From NCBI GenBank assembly GCA_002633005.1, contig NMRA01000937.1:1-64000 (forward strand): DNA of 64,000 nt, in the 5' to 3' direction. This DNA comes from Phoronis australis. Taxonomy: Eukaryota > Animalia > Phoronida. The position numbers and the translations under genes are program-made. The notes below the pieces were generated by a model, which was not told the origin of the DNA, searched no databases, and saw only the letters and a list, made by a program, of their open reading frames with translations. Below, piece after piece: positions 52,515 through 64,000 of the stretch (position 1 is the stretch's first letter; each line of letters begins with the position of its first letter).

Positions 52515-55500
52515 CTATTGTAACTTGAAGTTATTGTCCTTTGACGTAAACTGGCACATCTGAATTCCTGGCAAGTTGGCTCCTGTTACTGGTAGTTTCA
52601 TGTTATTATTGCTGGCCAGAGGATAAGGCAAGCAGGGCCCAGCATCTTGGTAACCTGAAACAGTAACGGAGAAAATTAACCACCTTGTCAGCACTGACAC
52701 ACACAACTTACTGCATGAAACAACTCCTACGCTATAATTTGGGGTTTTGTTACCCCAACACCTGAGCGAGCCTAAGTCAGACTGTGACTAACCCGTTCTA
52801 ATCGATACACAAATTAATGGTTGAGGCTTAGACGCAATGCTGAAGAAAACTTATTCGCTAATTTCCCTTACATTGCATCAATTTTAAAAATTCAAAGACG
52901 GCTACCATTTACTTTTCAATTTTAAAAACAGTCATGCTGGTCATTTGCCGTGCTTTTTCTTCACTTTTTGACTCTGAAATTCGTACGCTAAACTGGCGTA
53001 TTGGTTTTCCACCACAATTATCTCATCCAACACCTTCAGCCAAGCCCATGAATAGTGACTAGCTCACTTCAATCCGTGATGGTGTCATCAAGTCTTTGAT
53101 GTGCTGAGAATTCGCAGAATACTCTGGGCTAAACAGTGCAAGTAAATCCTGTTAGCGTAAGATTTGCCCAATGTAATATGATGGAAGATGAAACCTAACT
53201 GGGCGAAAGCATCACCGTGCCTATTTCACACTATCTTTTACCAAGAGCGTCATGAGGCACAAGGATGTCTTCCTACAGCCCTGAATACAGTCAACAATAA
53301 GAGTTGAGTGGTCACATATTCTTTGGTGCTGCCACCTTATAGGGTCGCAACAACATGGGAGGAAAACTGGAAGTGGATACTTCCGCAGGCTAAGTAAGCC
53401 GATCATAACTCAAACTAACACCAAACCTTAACTCTTACCCTGGCACATTGGGTGGGGCAGGGGGAAGGGGTTACGTCCAAAAACCCCTTGTAAGCTTCAG
53501 TTGAAGGAGTGGAAGCTGAGGAATGTGATTTTAAAGGAAAGATGAATACCATAAATGTGCATACTTAAGCCCATGTGCCTGTATTCAAAATAGTAACTTT
53601 TTTTCAAAGAAACTTGTTTACTAATTAAGTGTTTCACAGACAGGCGCAAGTGCTTAAGTTATGCTAAAAGGTTCAGATATGTGCGCTTCACACAGGTGCA
53701 TGCATTGCTGTGGATAACAAGGAACATGTCTATGACAAAAGTACATGACCTTGTGTAAGCGAAACATTTTTACGTGACTTGGTTTGACAGTGCATTTCCT
53801 AGACACAGGCATTCTGTCAGTAAGACTCATTTGGCTGTACTTCGGGAGCAAGATTTTCCATATGCAAAATTGATTGAATACAGGACACTTGTTGTTATTC
53901 TTGCAGTATTTCACACCTGCCATGTCCCACTGTCTCCAGCTTATGCTCTGTAGTGGTATTACTGCATCATTTTATTTCCACTTGAGAATGAAACAAGTAT
54001 GTTTTGAAATATCGTGTACTTTAATCATGTCTCTTGGCCAGTTGCTTCACCAATGTTCTGTTGAGTGTCAAACTTTGCTCCGAGGACACAAACGGAACGG
54101 AATAAAGATTGTTAATAATGACAAGTGTCATATATTCAATGAATTAGACTCATTTGTGAATGTAACTTTTAGGAATAACCAGAACAACAGTTCAGTGATT
54201 AACAGTTGAAATTTTTGATTGACTAAAACTACCCCCACCCAGTAAAAAGGAAAAATGTCAACAGTTTTCAACTGAAAAACAATAAAAATAAATCATGTTC
54301 AAATTTAATTTAAAGGCAAGTATGTGCAGTCTGTGAAAGTGTGCTATGCGAGTCATTATCATTCGCAAGGTTCTTCACTATATTCTAAGAGCCAAGTAGT
54401 TGAAAATAATTAAAAAATAGGGTGCACCTACTTGTGGAGCATTACTTTTAAACATGTTTTACTCGACTGGTTCCTATAGGCACAGCTTTGAACAAAGGAG
54501 CTATAATATGCGCACATACCGCAATAATCCTATGGCTGAATAAAATTGAAATTTCATGATAGCAATATTATAAGACAAATTATTTCATTAATCCAAGACA
54601 CTGAATACCTCAAAGGGATTCCCAGTATCAAAACATGTATTACAATTTCAAAAACACTCAAATCAATGTTTGGAAATTGAACTGCCATTACAACTTCATC
54701 ATGATATCTAACTCACAACCTTGCATCATTTAAGAAGCTACTATAAACACACAGTCTATAAACACAGAGCTATAAACACACAAGTCTATAAACACACAGT
54801 CTGTCCAAAAAGCAAGCTTTGGCTTTAGATCACGTATCGCCATAAAATTGGTCTCGACTTGTTCCCTTCTTGGTTTACAAAGAACTGACACTTCGTTATT
54901 CATTCAGATTATGCACTCTGTTTAAAATAACCCACCATGACAACTTGTAGTACCTGCTCTTCAGCATTAATGAACTCTCACTTCTTTTAGCCCACGGTTA
55001 TTAACCTGAATGTTTATGGTAATCAGTACTTGAAAAACAGCTATAGTTTCAAGTTACCTTGCATCCAGACAGGACCGTACTTTGGCACATTTTCATCACC
55101 CCAGTTCATAGGAAAGAATGGGGTGTTGAGAGTTTGATCAGCTGACACCATCTCAGCCATCTGATTGGCTATTTGCTGGCGAGCCCACGGTTGCTTTGGT
55201 GGCCAGGTGTTAGTGCTTTTGGCTTCCTATAATTACACACAATCTCTTTCAGAAAGAAGAAAATAGAAATAACAAGAACAATGCAGATAGCATTGTAGTT
55301 ATGCACAAACAGTGCACCACAGACGGTATATTACAGGGTAGCTGACCGGTTTCGTGTAAGGTGCAAGGAGGTATCATTTTGACCACAAGGGGTAGCTGCA
55401 ATAGTCAGAATTCACAAAAAAATGTTGGTGTCTCATCTTTTAAAACTAATACTAAATCAATAAGTTGAAAAAATGAACAGTTTCCAACATTTTCCACTAG

Positions 55501-58500
55501 TCATCCAAAAATTAGCGGGTCTAGTTTTCTTCTTTTCATAAAGAACAATCATGAGGTTTGGCAGATATGAAGACAGACGTCAAATGACAAAGTGGGTACT
55601 GTACACTTGTTGGAATCTGCTCAAAGTGGTAGTGGTGATAAAAATACAAGGAGGCAATGTGGCCTAGTGGGCTCCACTGGGGCACACTGGGAGATCAATG
55701 ACCTATTTCATATACATATTGTCGATATATGTTGTGTTTACAACTAATTTGGATAAACAATCATGAAGATAAGGAATTAGCCTGCAAGTTCCATTTTAAG
55801 CTTTTCAAACCATCTTCATTAGTACTTAATAAGAACTTCTAAATGATATTGCCTCGCAACGCCTGAGGGTAGACGGTTTTGACTTTGGTACTTGCAGGAC
55901 AAGTTTCAATGAGTTTTCTATTAAACAATTAATCATGCAAATTACTGCATATCTTCAAAAGTGATCTAACAAAAGTCCAAGTAAAACGTTACCACTGTCA
56001 TCATACACTACTCACCAGCTGAAAGTTGTCTGTACTATGAGGCCTGTTCATGCACAGCTCACTGGGCTGTTCTGCTCTTGGAGTTTCCTCCCCTGAACTG
56101 CTGTGTCTTCTACAGTGAAGAAATAATCATTCAAATAATTCTGTGTGATCTAAGCATCTGACACCATTCGAATTTTAGAAATTCTTGTTCAAGGCAAAAA
56201 TGATAATTTTTGAGAAGAGACGTCTGTCACGTGATTGCAAATGATTGTATAACGCTTTAAGCCACGAATTGAGATTTCTCAGTCATCACGGATTTAGAAA
56301 ATATACACAGATATGGGACAAGAATATATGGTTAAAAATACGCGAGAAGTGAAAGGACTTTGCAAAGGTGACCGTTTATGGGTTACGTGTACCACTACTT
56401 CACAAGAAAAAACGATTAAAAACATCGGCACAGTGCTTACTATGGAAACTCCCAGACATGGTTTTTGAGCATGTTTATTAAAGCTTTAACACAAAAACTT
56501 GGTGAATGCTGGTGAAAAGACTTTTTAACAATCAACGTTACTTTTCAAAAAACTACATTTTTTCCAAAAATGCATCTTAATATGTCCAAAAGAATGGTAT
56601 AATGTTGTGAATGAAATGATTAGATTTATGTAGATCCCTAGTTTCAGAAAATACTTTTATCAGTTAACAGGCACTAGTTACTTAGACATTTCAACAAGAA
56701 GACAACATTTTAGTCAACAGTACACATAACGTTAAACAAGACGTACCATTACCCTGCATCAACAGCACAAGTAAGTTTTCCCATTGTACTGGCAAGGCAT
56801 AGTACTGCTAAAAATTTCTTCGTAACAAGCTTTGAAGTTTACTATGTGGCTCCTAACATGTTGTCACATGAAATGACTTTCAATTTCTCCTTTACCTGCG
56901 TGGTGATACTGCAGTGATATCTGAAGTGAGATCTACACCCAAGGCGAGAGCCAAGTAACTATCACCGTTAGACGACTCATCACTACTAGACTCCTTGGAG
57001 TCTTGAGCTGTGGACCAATCCCTAAAACAGAATAAGTAACAGCAGGTGGTCAGGTACATGTTGTACCAGACGTGCGCAGGCCGCTCAGGTGGGCTCATTG
57101 CACTGATCACCTGTAACCATTGTAATGCATTATTAATATATAGTTAAAACCGTATTGAGAAGCTAGAAACCCGACTCAAGGGTCGAGCAGTGTGCCCCAG
57201 TGAGACTTGAACCCACAACTTTTAGTAGGCCACACTACCTCCTTCCCCTAAAGTAGAAAGAGCAATGGCTTAGAAGTAAAGGTAATCATGGAAAAAATTT
57301 TCAATTTGGTAAAAAATAATTGTTAAAATTGCGGATTTCTATTTTTCAGAGGCTTGCCACATTGTTGCAAATGCTCAAAATTTTACCAAATGCTATTTGG
57401 TAATAACTATGCCATGCAAACCAAGTCAAAAGCAAAGTAAATTTTCCTGAAAAGTTACTTTTGTTAAGAAACTTGAAAAAAATCACCTGTCCACCATATG
57501 GTGTCCCAAACTGAAGAATTTTTAAACCGTAACAATTTCACTTCTGGTACAAGAGTAAACCAGATAATGAAGATATAAGGGGTGCTCATTTTTCAAAATA
57601 TTTCCACGGTAGTCCAATCAATGGAGTGAGTAAGTAAACTTTTCCTAGCCCTAGCTCGACAACTAAAACCACCTAGCAGTACGACTGGAAACTACTTTCT
57701 TCCACCTTTATTTACCTGACTGGTTTTTGCCTTGGCCAGCTGTGGTGAAGGTTGACATCATTGGCAGACCAGACCGAAGGAACAGCCAGCTGGGAACTCA
57801 ACAATTTATTGGGCAAAACATAGTCATTCTCAGGACCTCTGGCAAATGATGGCGTTGACATGAGGGGATAGCTGGACCGGTGTTGCAATGGGACAGGCCA
57901 AGGGCCTAGAGAGGGCGTTGCTTGCTGGAGTGTATCCATATTTGGTTTTGATCGATTGGGCGGTGGGTTGGAGAAGACTTTGTTTGGCAGAGGAGGAGGA
58001 GGCAAGGAGATGCTAACCGTGGGCAGATAGACACCTTGATTGACAGGTTGACTGGCAGGATGGAGCACACCCACTGTCTTAGGTGTACATGATAATAGAC
58101 TAATGACACTATTCACCTCATCTTCAGAAGCAAGGCACATATCTACAATGGCAAGGAACAAGATTAAAAAACATACTCACTAACAAATTCTATGAAAATC
58201 AAAAGGAGGAATAATTGATGATAAAATTTTAAATCCAGTTGCATAAAAATTGTTCAATAAATTAAAACAAGTTTTAAGGAGACAATGAAAAGAAACCTAA
58301 GAGCAATGGATGATACACAAATTCCAAATTATAAAATTGGTTTTTACCAACAATGATCAGTCAGTTCTATGCAAGCCCATAACCCATTTCTAAATTTGAA
58401 AAGGCAGAAGTCAAGACTAATTTATAGTCAGTAAGTAACTGCAGTGAGGTCTTAAAAGTGAGAGATCTTCAACAAAGTTTGGACCACTTTGAACCCAAAG

Positions 58501-61500
58501 TCCCTCACAGTAACACTAACACTTGTTTGTTAACACAGATAACAATGTTTCTGAACCAATCTTCTACACGAAACATTTCTGTGATGATTTTTGGCTCAAC
58601 TGGCACAACTCTGATATTAGTCATTTTTTAAGACTACAAGGACACTTATTGGAATTAAGTATTAGTTTTTGGCCATGCTAGACTCTAGCATCATTTTTGT
58701 TTTTTCCAATTACTGGCATATGGCGCAAGTTCAATGTATGGACTGATTATACAAAGTCCCGGCCCACAGTACTGACATGGGCTTTCTAGACTACATAATA
58801 AACCAAATTAAGAGTTTGGCAAACATTTTTACTGGCCGGCACCTGCTCCTCAGCTAACACACTATAACAAATATTCTCACCTTTTCGTTGTCCAGAACCA
58901 CTCACACTCTTGTCCGTCTTCCTGCTCTGTTGTTTCCATTCGTTGCTCAGCAGACCTGCATTCAATACCATCTTGTGGTTACTAGTAGTACCAGTACCAT
59001 TACTCACTCCGTAGTTAAACCCACTGTACTGGCTGGTCGCGGGTGTCTGATTGTACGAGTTTGATTGTCTAGATGTAGCACCGTGTGAGTTGTACTGAGC
59101 TAGGAAGTCTTGAATCTCTGTCTTACTGCAGAATCGCTGTAGCTTGGACGAGACGTCACTGAAAACCTGACACTGAGCTTGTACCAGCAAAGCAAGGCAT
59201 TTGGCCATAATCTGGAAGTTAAAACAACTTTTTTGGACCATTCAATGCTGACAGTATTTTGTCAAAAGCAAACCGAAGAGGAGTATCCAAGTGAACAATA
59301 AATCTTCATAAGTTTATGTGAGAGTGAGTATGAAACAGTAGCACCAACGTGTATAGTTAATTGTCTAACTGAAAGGAAATCCCTGAGCCAACCTGCCATT
59401 GCTGTGTTTCCCCAAGAGTGCAGCCTCGTCCCCAAGCCTCAAGATGGCGCTGATCGGTTTAGCCATTTGAGGCTTGGTTACGGGAAATGAAATGTGTCAA
59501 AATTCTGACACATTTTTACAGAAATTGTTGGAATACTAGTATCACGAGTAATATAATTTTGAAAATTTCTGCAGTTTTATATAAAAAATGAAAACTAATG
59601 GCATATTGCAGCAAATGTCTGAATCATTGCAAAAATGACGTATTTTGAGTCAAAATTATTAATTTCTATGACACTATTAATAAAAAAGAATTGAAAACAA
59701 GTATGCAAACAACCCTTATTTCAAACAATAACCGAAACAATGCCTTCTGCTTCATGAATAGCAACAACAACTTCTGTGGAAATAATTAAAATCTGCCTTT
59801 GTTTTAATGACGTCAAGGCAGCAGCCAATCATTACGCAGAAGTTATTCCCATAACCAAGCCTCAAATGGCTAACCAATCAGCGCCATCTTGAGGCTTGGG
59901 GACTAGGCTGCTAAGAGTGCTGAACCAAAACACTCAGATTTTTAACACTCCATATATACAAGAGCAAGGTAGACATTGGTATGCACACACTGAGTGCATC
60001 TCTCACAGTACAGATACAGATACAGGGGTTGATCATTATTTTAAACATTTCCACTAGAGGGAGCAATGGTAATGAACTTAACATAGCCTAAAGGATGGCG
60101 CAAAGCATGTCAGCAATGCTCTTCTCAGTCCACAATAGGAGTACACCTGCCATCTTTCATAATGATTCCTCAAGCAGTTTGACAGATAGGATTCATCTGG
60201 TGATGAAGAACCGATATCAAAATAACAGAAAGGCCAATATTGGACACCGCAAAGGTCAAACCTGTCTCAAAAGGGGCAACTATTGTTGTGGAGGGTCGTC
60301 TCCATGACAGTCACTTATTTGTCAAGTTTCATGAACATCCATCCATTGGCAGATATGATGACAAATGCAATGAAACCAAAATTGATTTGGCCCAGAATCC
60401 AAGTCAATTGTACTTTCCTCAATAGGAACACATACCAAATTTCACCAAAATCTACAAAGGAACTTGGTAGATATTGAGCCCAAGGCAAAAATAAAATTGC
60501 CACTAGGGGGAGCGACAGTACTCAGACCTATCCAAAATTTATTGTTAGCAGTGCTCTGCTCAGTAGGAACACATTATACCAATTATCAAAATATTCATTT
60601 TGAACAATTTGGCTCACTGAAACTGTGGGAAAAGCCAATAAGACTTAAAAATAATACAAATGACCAATAGGTGATATGTATACAATATGTCGAATCTGTC
60701 AAAAATGGGAAGAAGTCATTAACTCCTCAATAGAAACCTAGCTGTTACAATTCAAGAAAATACGTCAACGAACTGCAGAGATACAGAGGAAAGTTTCAAA
60801 CAATAAAAATTGCCATTGGAGCCACAGCGGTAATCAGAACTGTCTGAAAGTCATCATCTCTTGTCACATTCCAAGGAATACAGTTGGCAAATTACACAAA
60901 GATCCTACAAGGGGTTAAAGAGAGATGGTCAGGAATGCAACAAAAACAAAACAGCCGCCCAAAAATTAATATCAGTCGTACTCCTCTCAGTGGGAACACT
61001 TCTGAAAACATTCATGATTCTTTGAGGAATTTGCACGAACACCAAAAACAGACACAAAAACAGTGAAAATGACCATTAGGCAGTGCAAAATACATCATGT
61101 CTATTTGAAAAAGGAATGCACTGCTATCCCTTAATAGATTGCTAAATTTCGCGAAAATTTGTCAAGATGTTTAGGAGATATGGCCACCACACCGGACAGA
61201 CGCCGGACAGGCATCGTACACATGGACGGACGACCAGACGCCCAACACAGATGACAGCAATATGCAAGGGTACGTATATAAATATGTGGGTACATGAAAA
61301 GCCAGCAACCTATGCAAAATACTAACTACAACCACAAACAATCAAGACCTCAAACTGGCCAACTGAGAGGCAAAGCATCACTATCACACTTTCCAAAAGC
61401 AAGTTCCAAGGGGACAATCCTAAACCAACAAGACTTATGAGAGACGTGTTCCTGTGGTCCTTCAGTTAGCGTTAGATGTTGCTAAACTTGGTGCCTGGGT

Positions 61501-62693
61501 ACTTTTCATTTCAAGTTCCTATGTCATTGCTGCAGTACACCCACAGTGTACCTTACAAGTTCACATCTTATCCACAGTCCTTGGGGCCTCAGGCTGTCTG
61601 GAACTTTAAATACAGGAAACTGAATGAATATGCCCAGATGTGGAAATATTTGACTTGGAGCTTATCTTTGTAACAGTGGAGTGATTGTAAACAACCAAGA
61701 GTAGCAAGCAAATACTGAGAAGAGAGGAAGAGCTGAGAATATTGCAGCATGAAATGAGAAATAGGATTTACTTGTGCAATAACATAACGTAGATTGGCAA
61801 TTTACGTTGGTAAATAACACAAAAAATCAAAGGAAAATGCTATGATTGAAGCTGAGAAAGTGCTATGATAAATAACGCTTGGGAAAACGAATTCAATAAA
61901 TGAAACATTCGTTTTTCAATCCCTATTAAAACCTGCAATAAAACCGCTAATATGTAGGCGCATGAAAATGATAGCAGCGCTGCTAATAGAGTAACGTTTG
62001 CACTAAATGAAATCACCAAATTGTATAGGGAATGCTAAAGGTCTCTGTACTGAGGACGCTAATGAGAGGTGATTTACTAGCTCTAGTGTGTGTGTACAAC
62101 TAAACAGTGCTTCAGCAACATTCAAGGCATCTTTAGACAAGCATTGAGAGTATCCATTTCAGTACAAACAGTAGTTCCGTCATTAACTTCAAATTTATAT
62201 GAACTGTTTGGCTAAAAGACTAAACAGTAATTTTTCCTAATCAAGAAACTAGATTAGTTCAGTGTCTTAGGCTTTGATACACAATAACATTTACCTGTAA
62301 ATTTGCCTCTGATTTGTCATTCTTATTTGATGTTTCCAAGACAACCAGCAGTTCCTGAAGTAAGCATTGTGACAATTCTTTGCTATTCTGCACAGCAGCC
62401 AGTGTACACAAGTTCACCTCCCTTGTCACGCTGTTCACCTGTGCGGCCAAATCCAGGTACGGTGTTCCTTTGAAGGTCTCCACAAAGCGTTCCCCAACAT
62501 GGGTGCCAGCCCCAGAAAGGTGAGCCAGGACCTCATAGTACACATTCAGCTTGGAAGCGGCATCTTGTACCTCTGCCTGGAACGAAGGTAGTTCCGAGTG
62601 GAACAATGACCTGCCCTCCATACTCACTGGCACCCCAGGTCTGCTCTGTTTACTGGAGCCCCCATTGTGTAACTGTTTCCTAAGGTGGTCCAT
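52515..62693 (-). CDS. GARRE1: GARRE1/KIAA0355-like protein (N-terminal DUF4745 helical region), ~561 aa
   Basis: Minus-strand exons: 62693-62295 (exon starts at 62711), 59211-58881, 58142-57716, 57021-56896, 56109-56016, 55226-55058, 52654-52515. GT-AG, phases match, 1686 nt. Motifs resemble recalled human KIAA0355: MDHLRKQLHNGGSSKQ ~ MDYKRRFLLGGSKQ; ASEDEVNSVISLLS ~ PTDQEMQEVIDFLS; SSSDESSNGDS ~ SSSDETSSANGDS; RRRHSSSGEE ~ RRKHSSGEQ; TNTWPPKQPW ~ TKTWPPKAPW. Confidence 0.85.
54741..54802. repeat. ~15-bp minisatellite, about 4 copies
   Basis: ctataaacaca(ca)gt repeated. Confidence 0.8.
57188..57240 (-). mobile_element. tRNA-derived SINE-like fragment
   Basis: Minus strand reads tagtgtggcctac...gtgggttcaagtctcactggggcacactg (A/B-box-like). 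A related piece gtggcctagtgg...ctggggcacactg lies at ~55659-55689. Confidence 0.35.
59421..59910. mobile_element. MITE with ~65-bp TIRs and a 9-bp target-site duplication
   Basis: cagcctcgtccccaagcctcaagatggcgctgat... pairs with ...atcagcgccatcttgaggcttggggactaggctg. Flanks are ccaagagtg and ctaagagtg (1 mismatch). Confidence 0.85.
59958..61300 (+). mobile_element. DINE-1/HINE-like non-autonomous repeat
   Basis: Starts acaagagc...tatgcacacac; internal ccaaatttc and ccactag(a/g)ggg motifs; ends with ggacagacgccggacag...ggacggacg microsatellite-like tail. Confidence 0.55.
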
Positions 62694-63460
62694 TCTCAGC
62701 CACAGTTGCAGCTAAACAAAGCAGTCAAAACAGCCCAAGGGCTTTATTGCTGATCAAAGCACAGTCCTGCATAATGAAACATCACTTGCCAAGCGGTGAG
62801 CTGTGAAATGGGCACTGTGTAATGTTGTAATTAATAAGCTGGGGGTGTGTTTCCTGCAAGGTAAATAAAAGTAACAATAAGGCACTTAGTTAAAATCTTT
62901 TAATAAAAGAGAATTGTGAAGTTGAGTAAAGGAATTGTCAGTATAACAAGTCCTTGTTAGCCCAAGGCTGCAAGGTCTTTGCTTCCTTTCACATATTGAC
63001 TTTACGTGTACCTCCCCTTGGATGTACTTTTTTATTATCTTGGAGAGAGCCAGACATTTATTAGCGTATTTGATAAATGTAGTATCAGATTGTCTACATT
63101 TTTTCAATATAAACATTCGTTCTGGTAACACTGTGATGAATTCTGGTCTGTTTTCTTGGGCCCCCGAGAAGTTGCAATGGATCTCAAGAATTTTGAAAGA
63201 GGAGTCCATGCCACCCCAGTAGAGCAAACACTTAATTACTGATCCATATCATAAATCAGTCACGCTATAATGCTAGCAATTACAGTTTTTTGCTCAACTT
63301 ATCAAACAGGCCAGTCATACTCAACTCAGCACTAATACCCTCCATTCCAATCAATGAATATCATAACACAGGACATAATAGCATAATGCATGTTTAGTGC
63401 CTAATGGGAACACTGACCCCTCAGCTCAGCCTGTTAGCTAACAGCACTGAGAGACATCAC

Positions 63461-64000
63461 TTGCCACAAACAATTCTTAGGGCCTGGTGAATGAAAGCAA
63501 AATGTGAATCCTAAGAAATGTACCAGCCATGCACAAGGGATATATTAAGTCCCATTTAGACATCAACTTTTGGCCCAGGGTTGCCACAAACAATCCTTGG
63601 GGCCTGGTGAATGAAAGCAAAATGTGAATCCTAAGAAATGTACCAGCCATGCACAAGGGATATATTAAGTCCCATTTAGACATCAACTTTTGGCCCAGGG
63701 TTGCCACAAACAATCCTTGGGGCCTGGTGAATGAAAGCAAAATGTGAATCCTAAGAAATGTACCAGCCATGCACAAGGGATATATTAAGTCCCATTTAGA
63801 CATCAACTTTTGGCCCAGGGTTGCCACAAACAATCCTTGGGGCCTGGTGAATGAAAGCAAAATGTGAATCCTAAGAAATGTACCAGCCATGCACAAGGGA
63901 TATATTAAGTCCCATTTAGACATCAACTTTTGGCCCAGGGTTGCCACAAACAATCCTTGGGGCCTGGTGAATGAAAGCAAAATGTGAATCCTAAGAAATG
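63461..64000. repeat. 120-bp tandem repeat, at least 4.5 near-identical copies, running off the window
   Basis: Unit ggcctggtgaatgaaagc...ttgccacaaacaatccttgg is exactly repeated. Only the leftmost partial copy differs (caattcttag). Confidence 0.98.

Noticed and set aside
63477-63980. 167-aa repetitive minus-strand ORF
   Set aside because: Results from a 120-bp unit (multiple of 3) lacking a stop in one frame; no true ATG start at the called position and no recognisable domain.
63461-64000. CRISPR-like array (also considered for 36128-36517)
   Set aside because: Units are contiguous with no unique spacers, there are no cas genes, and the context is eukaryotic.
1-64000. Autonomous transposon/retroelement ORFs, tRNA or rRNA genes, U12-type introns, horizontally transferred genes
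   Set aside because: No long ORFs or RT/transposase motifs, no cloverleaf or rRNA-like tract recognised, and all assembled introns are ordinary GT-AG.

Overview
Intron-rich, AT-rich animal genomic DNA, not prokaryotic. The Tsg sequence and repeat types suggest a bilaterian invertebrate, probably a spiralian/lophotrochozoan (inference). I assembled four spliced genes by hand from GT-AG sites with consistent phases: NAE1/APP-BP1 (+, 16 coding exons, ~539 aa), an RNF114/RNF166-family E3 ligase (-, 6 exons, ~217 aa), twisted gastrulation (+, 3 coding exons, ~229 aa) and a short GARRE1/KIAA0355 orthologue (-, 7 coding exons, ~561 aa). Non-coding space holds MITEs, foldback palindromes, DINE-1/HINE-like repeats and micro/minisatellites. 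Two duplications centred on a single N are probably haplotype assembly artefacts. The most notable observations are: (1) tandem repeats built from exon/intron junctions at several splice sites, clearest at the tsg donor; (2) a Tsg with an acidic tail ending in EDEL, a KDEL-like signal; (3) a GARRE1 lacking the large central region of the vertebrate protein; (4) kB-like motifs just upstream of the RNF gene, whose first intron carries two long hairpins. Homology calls rest on recalled family motifs; no database search was run. Most entries in the supplied ORF track are spurious.
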